Shown here: positions 19,775-30,828 of the stretch, one piece after another
Position numbering within the stretch: the stretch's first letter is position 1
Layout of the letters: each line of letters opens with the position of its first letter
Assembly (NCBI GenBank): GCA_963662405.2
Contig: CAXXKT010000003.1
Coordinates: 499,956 to 563,955 of the forward strand
DNA length: 64,000 nucleotides
DNA from: Syntrophales bacterium
Lineage (GTDB): Bacteria; Desulfobacterota; Syntrophia; Syntrophales; UBA2210
Reading direction: 5' to 3'
Notes under the pieces: model-generated
Seen by the model: the letters and a program-made list of their open reading frames with translations, nothing else
Database searches by the model: none
Told to the model about the DNA's origin: nothing
Translations under genes and position numbers: made by a program

Positions 19775-21025
19775 ATGATATCAGTGAAAGAGGCCTTGGA
19801 TCATATCCTTGATTCCATTTCCCCCCTCGATTTCGAGAAGACGGATATCCTGAGCGCTCAGGGAAGGGTGATCGGTGAGGATGTCTATGCCCTCCGAGAC
19901 ATCCCCCCCCGAGACAACTCGGCGATGGACGGTTATGCGGTCAGATCGGAAGATATCGCAGATGCGGGGGCTGAAGCCCCTGTTTATCTAAAGATCATCG
20001 AAGAAATCCCAGCGGGTAAAATTCCACAACGGGTGGTTGGCCTTGGTGAGGCAACACGAATTATGACCGGCGCCCCCCTTCCGGAGGGGGCCGACGCCGT
20101 TGTGAAGGTGGAGGATACGATATCTGATGAAGACGGTGTGTCTATATCCGTTCCCCTCGCTCACGGCGAGAACGTCAGGTATGCCGGAGAGGATGTGAAA
20201 GCCGGGAATCTGATCATCGGTACGGGAGCGCTGCTTCGCCCCTCGGAGGTTGGCATGCTGGCGTCCCTCGGCCGCTCCTTCGTGAAGGTGTACCGGCGAC
20301 CCCTGGTGGCGATCATATCCACCGGCGATGAACTGGTCGACATCGATGCGGCGGCGACATCGCCCGGAAGGATTGTCAGCAGCAACAGTTACTCCCTTGC
20401 GGCGCAGGTGATGGCGTGTGGCGGCGTGCCGTTCCAACTCGGGATTGCGAAGGATACCAGAGAAGATCTGACCGAGAAGTTCAGGGCCGCGCTCCGCGCC
20501 GATGTCATTATTTCGTCTGCCGGGGTGTCGGTCGGGGATTATGATTTCGTGAAAGAGGTGATGGAGGATATCGGTATCACCATCGAATTCTGGCAGATCT
20601 CCCAACGTCCCGGTAAACCGATGGTTTTTGGATTCAAGGAAGACGTGCCGGTCTTTGGGCTTCCCGGAAATCCCGTTTCGTCGATGATTACCTTCGAACA
20701 GTACGTTCGTCCCGCGATACTGAAGATGACCGGCCACCGGAACATCTTTCGCAGGACCGTCTGCGCGACCCTGACCCAAAGCATAAGGAAGAAACGGGGG
20801 CTCCGGTATTTTTTCAGGTCACAGGTGAAAAGTAAGGCGGACGGTTTTGTCGTCGAGATTACCGGAGAGCAGGGTTCCGGGATTCTCAGCTCCATGGTTC
20901 ATGCAAACGGGATCATGGTTATCCCCGAGGATGTCGAGTTCGTCAGGGCGGGAGAAGGTGTCATGGTGCAACTGATCGACGATTCACATAATTCTTCGGA
21001 TGAGCCACGATATTTGAAGGATTGA
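19775..21025 (+). CDS. moeA: Molybdopterin molybdotransferase (gephyrin-like)
   Basis: SAMDGYAV, IMTGAPLPEGADAV, STGDEL, GVSVGDYD, PGKP, GLPGNPVS. Confidence 0.95.
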   Translation: MISVKEALDHILDSISPLDFEKTDILSAQGRVIGEDVYALRDIPPRDNSAMDGYAVRSEDIADAGAEAPVYLKIIEEIPAGKIPQRVVGLGEATRIMTGAPLPEGADAVVKVEDTISDEDGVSISVPLAHGENVRYAGEDVKAGNLIIGTGALLRPSEVGMLASLGRSFVKVYRRPLVAIISTGDELVDIDAAATSPGRIVSSNSYSLAAQVMACGGVPFQLGIAKDTREDLTEKFRAALRADVIISSAGVSVGDYDFVKEVMEDIGITIEFWQISQRPGKPMVFGFKEDVPVFGLPGNPVSSMITFEQYVRPAILKMTGHRNIFRRTVCATLTQSIRKKRGLRYFFRSQVKSKADGFVVEITGEQGSGILSSMVHANGIMVIPEDVEFVRAGEGVMVQLIDDSHNSSDEPRYLKD

Positions 21026-21050
21026 CAACCGGCAGGGAAAGAGATATCAA
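21022..21050 (+). promoter_or_regulatory. Probable sigma70 promoter for selC, overlapping the moeA stop codon
   Basis: TTGACA (21022-21027)-N17-TATCAA, ending 18 nt before the tRNA 5' end. Confidence 0.45.
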
Positions 21051-21068
21051 GAGGTTGCTGGATCATGC

Positions 21069-21166
21069 GGAAGTGCCAAGGTCACTGGTGGGCCTCCCGG
21101 ACTTCAAATCCGGTGTGGGGCGCTAGAACCGTCCCGGGTGGGTTCGATTCCCATGCACTTCCGCCA
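21069..21166 (+). tRNA. selC: tRNA-Sec (anticodon UCA)
   Basis: 8-bp acceptor GGAAGTGC/GCACTTCC + G + CCA; anticodon arm CCGGA-CTTCAAA-TCCGG (TCA at 21104-21106); long variable arm GGGGCG/CGTCCC; T-arm GTGGG-TTCGATT-CCCAT. Confidence 0.97.
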
Positions 21167-21481
21167 TTTTGTTCTTATCAAGTTCAATAGCCTGCCGAGA
21201 TGCCGACAAAGGCCCGGATCACAGAGAGCGGGTTGCATGCCGGATCCAATACGGAATGATGGCACGTTTTGATAGGGTGCCTCTTGCGGTGAGGCACTGT
21301 GTAGGTGATCTATATGTGGAGATTGTGCCGTTTCCCCTTTCCGGGAGGATGTCCTCTGCCGGGGGTTCAGTGCGGGATAGGACGAAGGAGCGGGAGACAG
21401 GTTCTTCATCACGGTTAGATGTACTATACTCAATAATACAGGTAATATTAAATATCTATTTTCCAAGGAGGTATCTATTCA

Positions 21482-21763
21482 ATGGCCCTGAAAAAGACAG
21501 ACATAATCAAATCGATCCAAGACCGGCTTGGCTTTTCGAAGGAACAAGCCGCCGCTCTATTCGAATCCACCCTTGAACTTATAAAGCAATCGCTTGAGAA
21601 GGGTGAAGAGGTCAAGATCAGCGGATTCGGAAAATTTTACGTGATCGAAAAGAAGGCAAGAAATGGGAGAAACCCCCAAACCGGAAAACCTATGATTATC
21701 GCGCCAAGAAGGGTTGTCTCTTTCCGATATTCTTCCCGTGCACGGGATGGCCTCAATAATTGA
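21482..21763 (+). CDS. Integration host factor alpha-like / HU-family DNA-binding protein
   Basis: VKISGFGKF..KKARNGRNPQTG..RRVVSFR; AAGGAGG RBS. Confidence 0.9.
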   Translation: MALKKTDIIKSIQDRLGFSKEQAAALFESTLELIKQSLEKGEEVKISGFGKFYVIEKKARNGRNPQTGKPMIIAPRRVVSFRYSSRARDGLNN

Positions 21764-22440
21764 CGGGGCCGTTGTGTTATCTTCTATGCCGGTATGGAAC
21801 AGAAGGAAATACTTTTCATGGCCGGAAATCGGTGACTTCCGGTGAGGGAATTGCATATATGATTGACGGATAGTATTTCAGAACGAGCAGTTACTTCGTC
21901 TTTTCACGTGACAGCAGGCCGATCGTGAAGGCGGAGCTTGATATTTTTCTTACTGTCAGGAGATAATATATATCTCCCACCCTCGCACCACGGAAAAAAC
22001 GCCAAGCTCCATCTGCCGTCTTGTCACAAACGGAGCAGCCCCGTTCGCGGTGTCGTGTCCATCGTGCCGCCGCTTAAATCTTGAGGAAACAAACCACGAT
22101 AGATGATCCTTAACGAATACCGCGTTGATGCGATGCGCCCTATTGGTGCGAGGAATACAATGAAAAAGGTGCCATCAGGAGAGCGGCAGCGATGAACGCA
22201 CATCCCGAATAAACGTGAAACATGGATGCTCCCGAAAGTCCCGATAATGGAAAAACCCAAGAAACCGAAGACTCGAAACCCTCTGATTTCCGCATGTTCG
22301 GTAACGGTATAAAAGGGGAATCCCGTTCTGAAGTGAATTGATCGTTTCTCCCTCGCCTCTCCGATGCGTATTGAAGCTGCTCTCAGGAAGAAAGAGCCAA
22401 GAGGGTTATAGACAATTCAAATCATAAAGAGGCCTTCTGT

Positions 22441-24513
22441 TCAACCTTCCGTCACGATCCGTGAAAAATCGGCGATCCGGTAGAAGAGGCGCGCCATCTC
22501 CTCCAAAAGAGAAAGTCGGTTGAAGCGGATCTTTCCATCTTTTGCCATTACCATCACCTCGTCGAAGAAGGTATCGACCGGTTTCCTGAGCCGCGCCATT
22601 TCGGAGAGGGCCTCCGCGTAGCTGCCGTCGTCGATGAATGTATCGGCCTTTCCCCGTATCTCGTTGAAGACGCGGAAGAGGTCCTCTTCGGCAGGGTCGT
22701 CGAAGAGGGATGGGTCGACGGCGCCTCCTTCGAATCCCTTGAGGATGTTGACAACGCGCTTGAAAGCGACCGCCAGCGGTTCAAAGTCGGGATGTGCCTT
22801 AAACGTTTCCATGGCCTCTGTTTTTTTCAAGGACTGAACGATGTCCGATATGCCCTGTGCGAGGACCGCGTCGACCACGTCATTCGGGTGTCCCTGTGAG
22901 AGGAGCTGGTTTTCAAATCTTCCCTTCAGGAAGTTCATGACATCCGACCGGGTCTCTCCCTTCGCTCGTTTCAGCTTCCCGTCGAGGATATCGAGGCTCT
23001 TGTCCACCAGTTTCTCAATATCAAGGGAGTAGTTTTTATCGAGAATGATATTGATAATCCCGAGGGCCTGGCGTCTCAGGGCGTAGGGATCGGCGGTTCC
23101 CGTGGGGATCAGCTTCACGCCGAAGCACCCCGCAATGGAGTCCATCTTGTCGGCGATGCTGACGATCGCTCCTTCGTCCGTCTCCGGAAGTTGTCCCCCT
23201 GCGCCAAGGGGCATATAGTGCTCGTAGATCGCCTGTGCGATGACGGGCTCTTCTCCCTGCAAGAGGGCGTACTCCCTTCCCATCACCCCCTGAAGCTCGG
23301 TGAATTCGTACACCATCTGGGTCTCGAGGTCCGCCTTGCACAGGAGGGCGACCCGGTCGACCGACGGCGCGAGCTCGGGGCGTATCGTCTCGGCGATATA
23401 TGCCGCCAGTTCCCTGAACTGCATCACTTTTTCGTACGACGTCCCCAGGAGACTGTGGAATATGACCTCTTTCAGATCCTCCAGGTGGTCTTCGAGGGGG
23501 GTCTTCCGGTCTTCCTCAAAGAAAAAGCGGGCATCGGCGAGACGGGCCCGTATTACCTTCTCGTTGCCCCGCGCCACGACCGCAGGATCACGGGCCAGGG
23601 TGTTGTTCACGGTGATGAAGTGGGGGAGGAGTTTCCCCTGTGCATCGACGACGGGGAAGTATTTCTGGTGTTTTATCATCGCGGTTGTCAGCACCTCTTT
23701 GGGGAGGGCGAGGTATTCCCGGTCGAAGGTCCCGCAGACGACGGAGGGATATTCGATCAGAAAGCTGACCTCCCCGAGAAGATCCTCGTTTTCGAGAACG
23801 ATCCCCGCGACGGCCGCGGCTGCTTTTCGTGCCTCCCCTTGTATAATCGCCCGTCTTCTCTCCGGATCCGCGATGACGAACCGTTCTTCGGTCTTTTTGA
23901 GGTAGTCTTCAATTCCGCTGACGGCAAAGGACTCCGGGGACATGAAACGGTGACCGCGGCTCATGTTCGAACTGGTTATGTTCTCTATGGAGAAGGGAAT
24001 GATATCATCCCCGAAGAGGGCCACGATCCAATGAATCGGGCGGGCAAAGCGGATATTCAGATCCATCCAGCGCATCGATTTCTTAAAGGGGATCGAGAGG
24101 ATGAAGCGGGGGAGAAGCTCCGCCAGGACGGCCTTTGTGCCCTGCCCGACGATTTTTTTGCGCGAACAGATCTGTTTCCCCTTCGGTGTTTCAACAATTT
24201 CCAGTTCGGAAACGTCCATCCCCTGTCCCCGGGCGAATCCGAGGGCGGCCTTGGTGGGTTTCCCCTCTTCGTCAAATGCAACGGTGGTCGAAGGCCCCAT
24301 TTTTTCGATAACCTGGTCCTCCTGCCTCTCGCTGACATCCGTGACCGACAGGAGCAATCGTCGGGGTGTCCCCATTGTTCGGATCGAGCAGTGTCCGATG
24401 CGGTGCTCGGAAAACTCGCCGGTAATGATTCGCTCCATATCCTTCAGCGTCTTCGGCAGGAAGGCGGCCGGGATCTCTTCCGTCCCTATCTCCAACAACA
24501 ATTCTTTGCCCAT
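22441..24513 (-). CDS. glyS: Glycine--tRNA ligase beta subunit
   Basis: MGKELLLEIGTEEIP start, TPRRL, FARPIHW, EFTELQGVMG, PTGTADPYALRR. Confidence 0.97.
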   Translation of the reverse strand: MGKELLLEIGTEEIPAAFLPKTLKDMERIITGEFSEHRIGHCSIRTMGTPRRLLLSVTDVSERQEDQVIEKMGPSTTVAFDEEGKPTKAALGFARGQGMDVSELEIVETPKGKQICSRKKIVGQGTKAVLAELLPRFILSIPFKKSMRWMDLNIRFARPIHWIVALFGDDIIPFSIENITSSNMSRGHRFMSPESFAVSGIEDYLKKTEERFVIADPERRRAIIQGEARKAAAAVAGIVLENEDLLGEVSFLIEYPSVVCGTFDREYLALPKEVLTTAMIKHQKYFPVVDAQGKLLPHFITVNNTLARDPAVVARGNEKVIRARLADARFFFEEDRKTPLEDHLEDLKEVIFHSLLGTSYEKVMQFRELAAYIAETIRPELAPSVDRVALLCKADLETQMVYEFTELQGVMGREYALLQGEEPVIAQAIYEHYMPLGAGGQLPETDEGAIVSIADKMDSIAGCFGVKLIPTGTADPYALRRQALGIINIILDKNYSLDIEKLVDKSLDILDGKLKRAKGETRSDVMNFLKGRFENQLLSQGHPNDVVDAVLAQGISDIVQSLKKTEAMETFKAHPDFEPLAVAFKRVVNILKGFEGGAVDPSLFDDPAEEDLFRVFNEIRGKADTFIDDGSYAEALSEMARLRKPVDTFFDEVMVMAKDGKIRFNRLSLLEEMARLFYRIADFSRIVTEG

Positions 24514-24532
24514 GAGAACAATAGCTCCTCTT

Positions 24533-25414
<882 letters not shown>

Positions 25415-25520
25415 GATTGCCTCCTTCACGTGTACGCTGTGCGGCGGTATTGAAACTCAGGGACGCTATCACTCCCGGCGGGGCCTGTCAAGGCGTAATC
25501 ATTCGCCGGGCCCCACACGG

Positions 25521-26291
25521 TCAGGTCATTCTTTTGATTTCATCGAGGACCTGCAGGGACTTGGGCTCTCTCCCCAGGATGTGCCGTATGAAGTGTCTGA
25601 GGATCCGGGCGCTTTCCCCGAGGGCGTTCTCCGAGAGGACCAGTCTGCCTATTCGGTCAGGCTCCATTTCTCTGCCCATCAGGAGCGTTTTGACCGTTCC
25701 CTGTGAGAGGGGGATGCCGTTCTGATCGTTTTCCCGGTTACACCGTGAGCAGCGGATTCCTCCCCGGATCGCATCAAAGAGGATGGTACCGGTCTTGTCG
25801 AGCGGTCTGTCGCAGAGGACGCATCGTTCCAGCATCGGTTCGTATCCCGAGAGCGTGAGGAGGCGCAGTTCAAAGAATCGCATCGTCTCCTCCACGCCGT
25901 TTTCCCTCTCCAGAAGTCCCAGAAAATCCTCCAGCAGGGTGAAGGTGGCGAGACTTCGTTTCTCCTCCACGGTGAACCGGTCTACCAACTCGATCATATA
26001 TGACGCGGCCATGGTCCGTTCCAGGTTTGACCTGATCACCGGATAGTGGTCCAGGACGTCACAGTTTTCGATGATGGCCAGGCTGCTCTCGTCCCGTCGG
26101 GAAAAGAGGAGCGAAGAACAGGAGAAAGGCTCTATGGCGTTGGAGAAGCGTTTCCGACTCCGCCGCGCTCCCTTGGCAATCCCCTTGATCTTACCGAAGT
26201 TCCGGGTAAAAAAGGTGACGATCCGGTCGGATTCGCCGTAGTTGAGGAAGTGCAGGACAAACGCCGGTGTCTTGAGGGGAGGCCTTCTCAT
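25521..26291 (-). CDS. recO: DNA repair protein RecO
   Basis: YGESDRIVTFFT..GKIKGIAKGARRS, CxxC...CxxC zinc finger; ATGA overlap with the mgtE stop. Confidence 0.92.
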   Translation of the reverse strand: MRRPPLKTPAFVLHFLNYGESDRIVTFFTRNFGKIKGIAKGARRSRKRFSNAIEPFSCSSLLFSRRDESSLAIIENCDVLDHYPVIRSNLERTMAASYMIELVDRFTVEEKRSLATFTLLEDFLGLLERENGVEETMRFFELRLLTLSGYEPMLERCVLCDRPLDKTGTILFDAIRGGIRCSRCNRENDQNGIPLSQGTVKTLLMGREMEPDRIGRLVLSENALGESARILRHFIRHILGREPKSLQVLDEIKRMT

Positions 26292-27649
26292 ACCAACAGC
26301 TTCAGGAAGATGGTTGCCAGACCCAGGAAGGAAAGAAAACCGAAGGCATCCGTGAAGGCGGTGACGAAGATGTGAGAGCCCAAGGCGGGATCCGCCTTTA
26401 TCCATTTGAGGCTCAGCGGGATGAGGGTTCCGATGAGGGTTCCCACGAATACATTGATGATCATGGCGAGGCCGAGGACCACTCCCAGAATCGGCATTCC
26501 CTTCCAGAGGGCGGCAATGAGTCCGATCACGACCCCCACGGCCACGCCGTTGACGACTCCCACGACGACCTGTTTGTAGAGTGCTTTTTTTGCATTGTCG
26601 AAGGTGACCTCGCCGAGGGCCAACCCCCTGACGATCAGGGTCAGGGTCTGGCTGCCCGCATTTCCTCCGATCGCCGCCACCACCGGCATGAAGACGGTAA
26701 GGACAATGACCATCTGGATTGTGTTCTCGAAGAAGCCGATGACCAACGCCGAGGCGAGGGCCGTCAGGAGATTGAGATACAACCAGGGAAGCCTCCGCTT
26801 GACGGATTCCATCGGCTCGTTGAAGACGGTATCGTCTTCACCGAGACCGGCGATGCGGTAGATATCCTCTGATGATTCCTCCTCCATAACGTCGACGATA
26901 TCGTCCACCGTGATCCGGCCGAGCAAGTGGTTGCCGGCGTCGACGACGGGGAGTGAAACGAGATCGTACTTCTCGAACATCCGCGCGACCTCCTCCTGGT
27001 CGATATCCGTCTGAACGGAGGGGATCGTCTTGTCGATAGACTCCAATGCAGGGCTGGTTCGTTTTGCCGTAATCAGTTTCTGGAGGGGGATGGTCCCGAT
27101 GAGGGCATTGACCTTATCCACGAGGAAAACATTATAGACATGCTCAATCTCGTCGGAGGCCTGTATCACGGCCTTGATACCATCATTGATTGTGGAGTCG
27201 GAGGGGATGGAGACCAACTCGGATTGCATAATCCCGCCGGCCGTGTCTTCTTCGTATCTCAGGAGGTTTTTGAGTTCCTGCGATCCCTCGGGTTCTATCC
27301 CTGCGAGGACTGCCCGGGCCTGGTCTTCGGGAAGCTCGGCGATAACGTCCGCCGCGTCGTCCGAATCCATCTCATCGATGATCTCGGCGAGTTTCTTGTC
27401 CGATATGTCTTCGAGGATCTGTTCGCGGGAGACGTCACTCAACTCGGGGATGACGTCGGATGCCTTCTCCACATCGAGGAGCGAAAAGAGGTGGATCTTC
27501 TCCTGCTCGGCGAGATTGTCGATGAGGTCGGCGATGTCGGCCGGGTGGAGCTCGGAGAAGAGATCAATGATTGCGAACTCCCTGTTCAGGCGGATCCACT
27601 TCTTCAGTTGGCCGAGGTGCGGTATCTCTTCTTCCCGTCGTCTTTTCAT
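26288..27649 (-). CDS. mgtE: Magnesium transporter MgtE
   Basis: LHPADIAD N-domain, YEEDTAGGIM + CBS pair, RLPWL, GGNAGSQ, DPAL...TD. Confidence 0.95.
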   Translation of the reverse strand: MKRRREEEIPHLGQLKKWIRLNREFAIIDLFSELHPADIADLIDNLAEQEKIHLFSLLDVEKASDVIPELSDVSREQILEDISDKKLAEIIDEMDSDDAADVIAELPEDQARAVLAGIEPEGSQELKNLLRYEEDTAGGIMQSELVSIPSDSTINDGIKAVIQASDEIEHVYNVFLVDKVNALIGTIPLQKLITAKRTSPALESIDKTIPSVQTDIDQEEVARMFEKYDLVSLPVVDAGNHLLGRITVDDIVDVMEEESSEDIYRIAGLGEDDTVFNEPMESVKRRLPWLYLNLLTALASALVIGFFENTIQMVIVLTVFMPVVAAIGGNAGSQTLTLIVRGLALGEVTFDNAKKALYKQVVVGVVNGVAVGVVIGLIAALWKGMPILGVVLGLAMIINVFVGTLIGTLIPLSLKWIKADPALGSHIFVTAFTDAFGFLSFLGLATIFLKLLV

Positions 27650-27798
27650 GGCACATCCCCGTTGGCAAACAAAAACAACTTTCATTACCACGTCTTAGGA
27701 GAGAGGGCAAGGATGAAATCGAACAGAACTCACCCTGTCGGAGAGGTGGACGATGGGAATCGGGAAATTTGTGAGGGGAAATACGCCAGGTCCGGGCC

Positions 27799-29094
27799 CT
27801 AGGCCTTGCCCCCGAGATCCGCGTATTTAACCTCCCCGCCAACGATGGTCATGACCGCCCTTCCGACGAGTTCCCAGCCGTGAAAAGGACAGTTACGACC
27901 CTTTGAGCGGAATGCCCCTGTGTCGACCGTCCATGCGTTCTCCGTGTCGATGACGGTGATATCGGCGTCGAGGCCCGGCTTCAGCGAACCCTTGGGTATC
28001 TTCAGGATACGTGCGGGGTTTGTGCTCATCCTCTCGATCAGTTGCGGGAGGGAGAGGATGCCGTCATGCACCAGTTTCAGCGAGAGGGCGAGGGATGTCT
28101 CCAGACCGACGATCCCGTTCGCGGCGTATGCGAATTCGACTTCCTTCTCAATGGATGAGTGGGGGGCATGGTCGCTGGCTATGACGTCGATCGTGCCGTC
28201 CCCGAGCCCTTCTTTGATCGCCTCTATGTCATCCGCACCCCGCAGGGGGGGGTACATCTTGCAGTCCGTAGAGAAGCCCCTGAGCGCCTCATCGGTCAGG
28301 GTAAAGTAATGAGGCGCCGTCTCGGCGGTCACCTGTATCCCCGCTGCCTTGGCCTCTCTCACGATCCGGACGGAGCCGGCCGTGCTTACGTGAGCGATGT
28401 GCACGCTCGTCTCCGTGAAACGGGCAAGGGCGATGTCGCGTGCCACCATGATCTCTTCCGCGACGGCCGGAATCCCGGGAAGACCCAGCTGCGTGGACAC
28501 GAACCCCTCGTGCATCAGGCCGTCCTCGGACAGCCCCCGGTCTTCGCAGTGCGAAAGCACGGGCATATCGAACGAGTGGGCGTATTCGAGGGCACGCCGC
28601 ATCAGACCGCTGTCCGTGACCGGATTACCGTCGTCTGAAAAGGCCACGGCCCCGGCCCCTTTGAGGTCGCCGAATTCAGTCAGCGCCGTTCCCTTTTGAC
28701 CCTTGCTGAGGGCTGCAACCGGATATACCTTCGCCAGTGAGGCCAGGCGTGCCTGATTCAGTATGAATTCCGTTACCGAGCGGTTGTCATTGACCGGATC
28801 GGTATTCGCCATGCAGGCGATGGCGGTGAACCCCCCGGCGACCGCGGCCTCGCACCCTGTTCGAACCGTTTCCTTGTACTCGAAGCCCGGTTCACGGAGG
28901 TGGACATGCATGTCGATCAGGCCGGGCGCAACGATCTTTCCCTTCAGATCGATGACCTGGGTGGCCTCGGCCTTGGAGAGCGGGATATCCTTTTCGATAC
29001 GGGAGATTATTCCGTCTTCTATCAGGATATCAGCGACCGTATCCATCCCCTGCGAGGGGTCTACAATCCTGCCACCCTTGAGTAACAGCTTCAT
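27799..29094 (-). CDS. pyrC: Dihydroorotase
   Basis: [29 protein letters not shown]; follows pyrB. Confidence 0.95.
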   Translation of the reverse strand: MKLLLKGGRIVDPSQGMDTVADILIEDGIISRIEKDIPLSKAEATQVIDLKGKIVAPGLIDMHVHLREPGFEYKETVRTGCEAAVAGGFTAIACMANTDPVNDNRSVTEFILNQARLASLAKVYPVAALSKGQKGTALTEFGDLKGAGAVAFSDDGNPVTDSGLMRRALEYAHSFDMPVLSHCEDRGLSEDGLMHEGFVSTQLGLPGIPAVAEEIMVARDIALARFTETSVHIAHVSTAGSVRIVREAKAAGIQVTAETAPHYFTLTDEALRGFSTDCKMYPPLRGADDIEAIKEGLGDGTIDVIASDHAPHSSIEKEVEFAYAANGIVGLETSLALSLKLVHDGILSLPQLIERMSTNPARILKIPKGSLKPGLDADITVIDTENAWTVDTGAFRSKGRNCPFHGWELVGRAVMTIVGGEVKYADLGGKA

Positions 29095-30017
29095 TTTGTT
29101 CCTCCTGACAAGAGGTAGAGAAGGGCCATTCTCACGGCGACGCCGTTGGTCACCTGTTCCAGGATAACGGAGTGGGGGCCATCGGCTATCTCCGAAGTGA
29201 TCTCGACCCCCCGGTTGATCGGCCCCGGGTGCATGACGATCACATCATCTTTCGCCTGTTTGAGGTTGCCTCGGTTCAGTGAGAACTGCTGTGCGTATTC
29301 GCGGAGGGAGGGGAAGAGATCCTCATGCTGCCGCTCGAGCTGCATCCGGAGCATCATGATGACGTCCGCATCCTGCAGGGCATCGCTCATGGTGCGGTGA
29401 ACGGTGACGCCCATCCGTTCGATGTCCCGTGGGATCATCATCGCGGGGCCGCATATCACCACCCGCGCCCCCATCGTGATCAGCCCATATATATTGGAAC
29501 GAGCCACCCTGCTGTGGGCGATATCGCCGATGATGGCGACGGTAAGGCCTTCGATCCGTCCCTTCTTTTCCCGTATCGTGAGCATATCGAGGAGGGCCTG
29601 GGTGGGGTGCTCGTGCGCCCCGTCTCCCGCGTTGATAATCGACTGTTTCTTCAGGAGATCGGCGAGAATCTGTGCCGCTCCGGCGGCGCTGTGTCGAATG
29701 ACGATGGTATCCGGATTCATCGATTCCAAGTTACGGGCGGTGTCGATCAGTGTCTCCCCTTTGACGACGCTGCTGGTGGATGCGGAGATGTTGATGGTGT
29801 CCGCGCTGAGTCTCTTTGCAGCGATTTCAAAGGATGTTCGTGTCCGGGTACTCGCCTCGAAGAAGAGGGTGATGACCGTTTTCCCCCTGAGGGTGGGGAC
29901 CTTCTTGATCGTCCTGTCGGAGATCTCCTTGAAGGACGCAGCGGTGTCGAGGATGAGATCGATTTCCCCCCGGGAGAGATCCTGTATCCCCAACATGTCT
30001 TTTCTCGATAATTTCAT
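29091..30017 (-). CDS. pyrB: Aspartate carbamoyltransferase catalytic subunit
   Basis: [43 protein letters not shown]. Confidence 0.97.
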   Translation of the reverse strand: MKLSRKDMLGIQDLSRGEIDLILDTAASFKEISDRTIKKVPTLRGKTVITLFFEASTRTRTSFEIAAKRLSADTINISASTSSVVKGETLIDTARNLESMNPDTIVIRHSAAGAAQILADLLKKQSIINAGDGAHEHPTQALLDMLTIREKKGRIEGLTVAIIGDIAHSRVARSNIYGLITMGARVVICGPAMMIPRDIERMGVTVHRTMSDALQDADVIMMLRMQLERQHEDLFPSLREYAQQFSLNRGNLKQAKDDVIVMHPGPINRGVEITSEIADGPHSVILEQVTNGVAVRMALLYLLSGGTK

Positions 30018-30099
30018 GATATCTTCCACTCTCCGGTCGGACAGATGGCTCTCGATCCTTCAGCTGTCCGTTCCCCTGAATCCCCGCAGGTACGGTTTG

Positions 30100-30636
30100 C
30101 TACCCCTCTTCGATAACGACCTCGTCCATGTTCCTGTCATCGGTCAGATTGACGCTGACGCTTTCCCACAGGGCTGACGGGAGGGTTTCTCCTATGAAAT
30201 CGGCCCTGATCGGAAACTCCCGGTGTCCCCTGTCGATGAGAACGGCCAGTTGGATACGCTCGGGTCTTCCGAAGTCCATCAGCGCGTCCATGGCGGCCCG
30301 TATCGTCCTTCCGGTAAAGAGGACATCGTCCACCAGGACGACTTGCTTGTGATCAAGGGGGAAGGGAATATACGTGTTCTCGATCGGCGGTCTCCTCCCC
30401 GTGGTCAGCACATCATCCCGGTAGAGGGTTATGTCGAGAGTCCCCGACAGGACCTCGGTTCCTTCGATGGTGGAGATCTTTTTACGGAGTCTTTCCGCCA
30501 AGAGGACGCCTCCCTTCCGGATGCCGATAATGATCAGATTCGCCGTCCCCTTGTTTCGTTCCAGGATCTCGTGGGCGATTCTCGTAAGGGACCGCTCTAT
30601 GCCCTCCGCGTCCATTACGACCTTCTTCTGTTCCAT
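30100..30636 (-). CDS. pyrR: Bifunctional pyr attenuation regulator / uracil PRTase
   Basis: RIAHEILERN, LDITLYRDD, VLVDDVLFTGRTIRAA, DRGHREFPIRAD. Confidence 0.96.
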   Translation of the reverse strand: MEQKKVVMDAEGIERSLTRIAHEILERNKGTANLIIIGIRKGGVLLAERLRKKISTIEGTEVLSGTLDITLYRDDVLTTGRRPPIENTYIPFPLDHKQVVLVDDVLFTGRTIRAAMDALMDFGRPERIQLAVLIDRGHREFPIRADFIGETLPSALWESVSVNLTDDRNMDEVVIEEG

Positions 30637-30686
30637 GTGCGTGTTCCTTCCGTCAATCCAGGAGAACGGCCCCAGGCACGTTCCTC

Positions 30687-30720
30687 AAAAAAAAGGCCTT
30701 CCCATGACTATGAGAAGGCC
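30687..30720 (-). terminator. Attenuator terminator in the pyrR leader
   Basis: mRNA GGCCUUCUCAU-AGUC-AUGGGAAGGCC followed by U8, about 50 nt before the pyrR start. Confidence 0.85.
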
Positions 30721-30728
30721 CTGTGGCA

Positions 30729-30768
30729 CCTTTTTGCGCTGACGTCTCGAAAATCATTGAAAGCCCTT
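30729..30768 (-). promoter_or_regulatory. Putative PyrR-binding (anti-antiterminator) RNA hairpin
   Basis: mRNA CUUUCAA-UGAU-UUUCGAGAC-GUCA-GCGCAAAAAGG resembles the PyrR loop layout and lies just upstream of the terminator. Confidence 0.55.
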
Positions 30769-30828
30769 GTTTTATAAACCTATTTAGGTACGAAACATAC
30801 CAGTTCTTCTGCTTTGTGTCAAGGGGTT

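Noticed and set aside
22024..22300. Possible small Gly/Phe-rich membrane-protein remnant on the minus strand
   Set aside because: Similarity is too weak to support by eye; needs blastx.
21140..22440. attL/attR duplication of the tRNA-Sec 3' end, or a prophage
   Set aside because: No second copy of the tRNA end and no integrase seen in the window.
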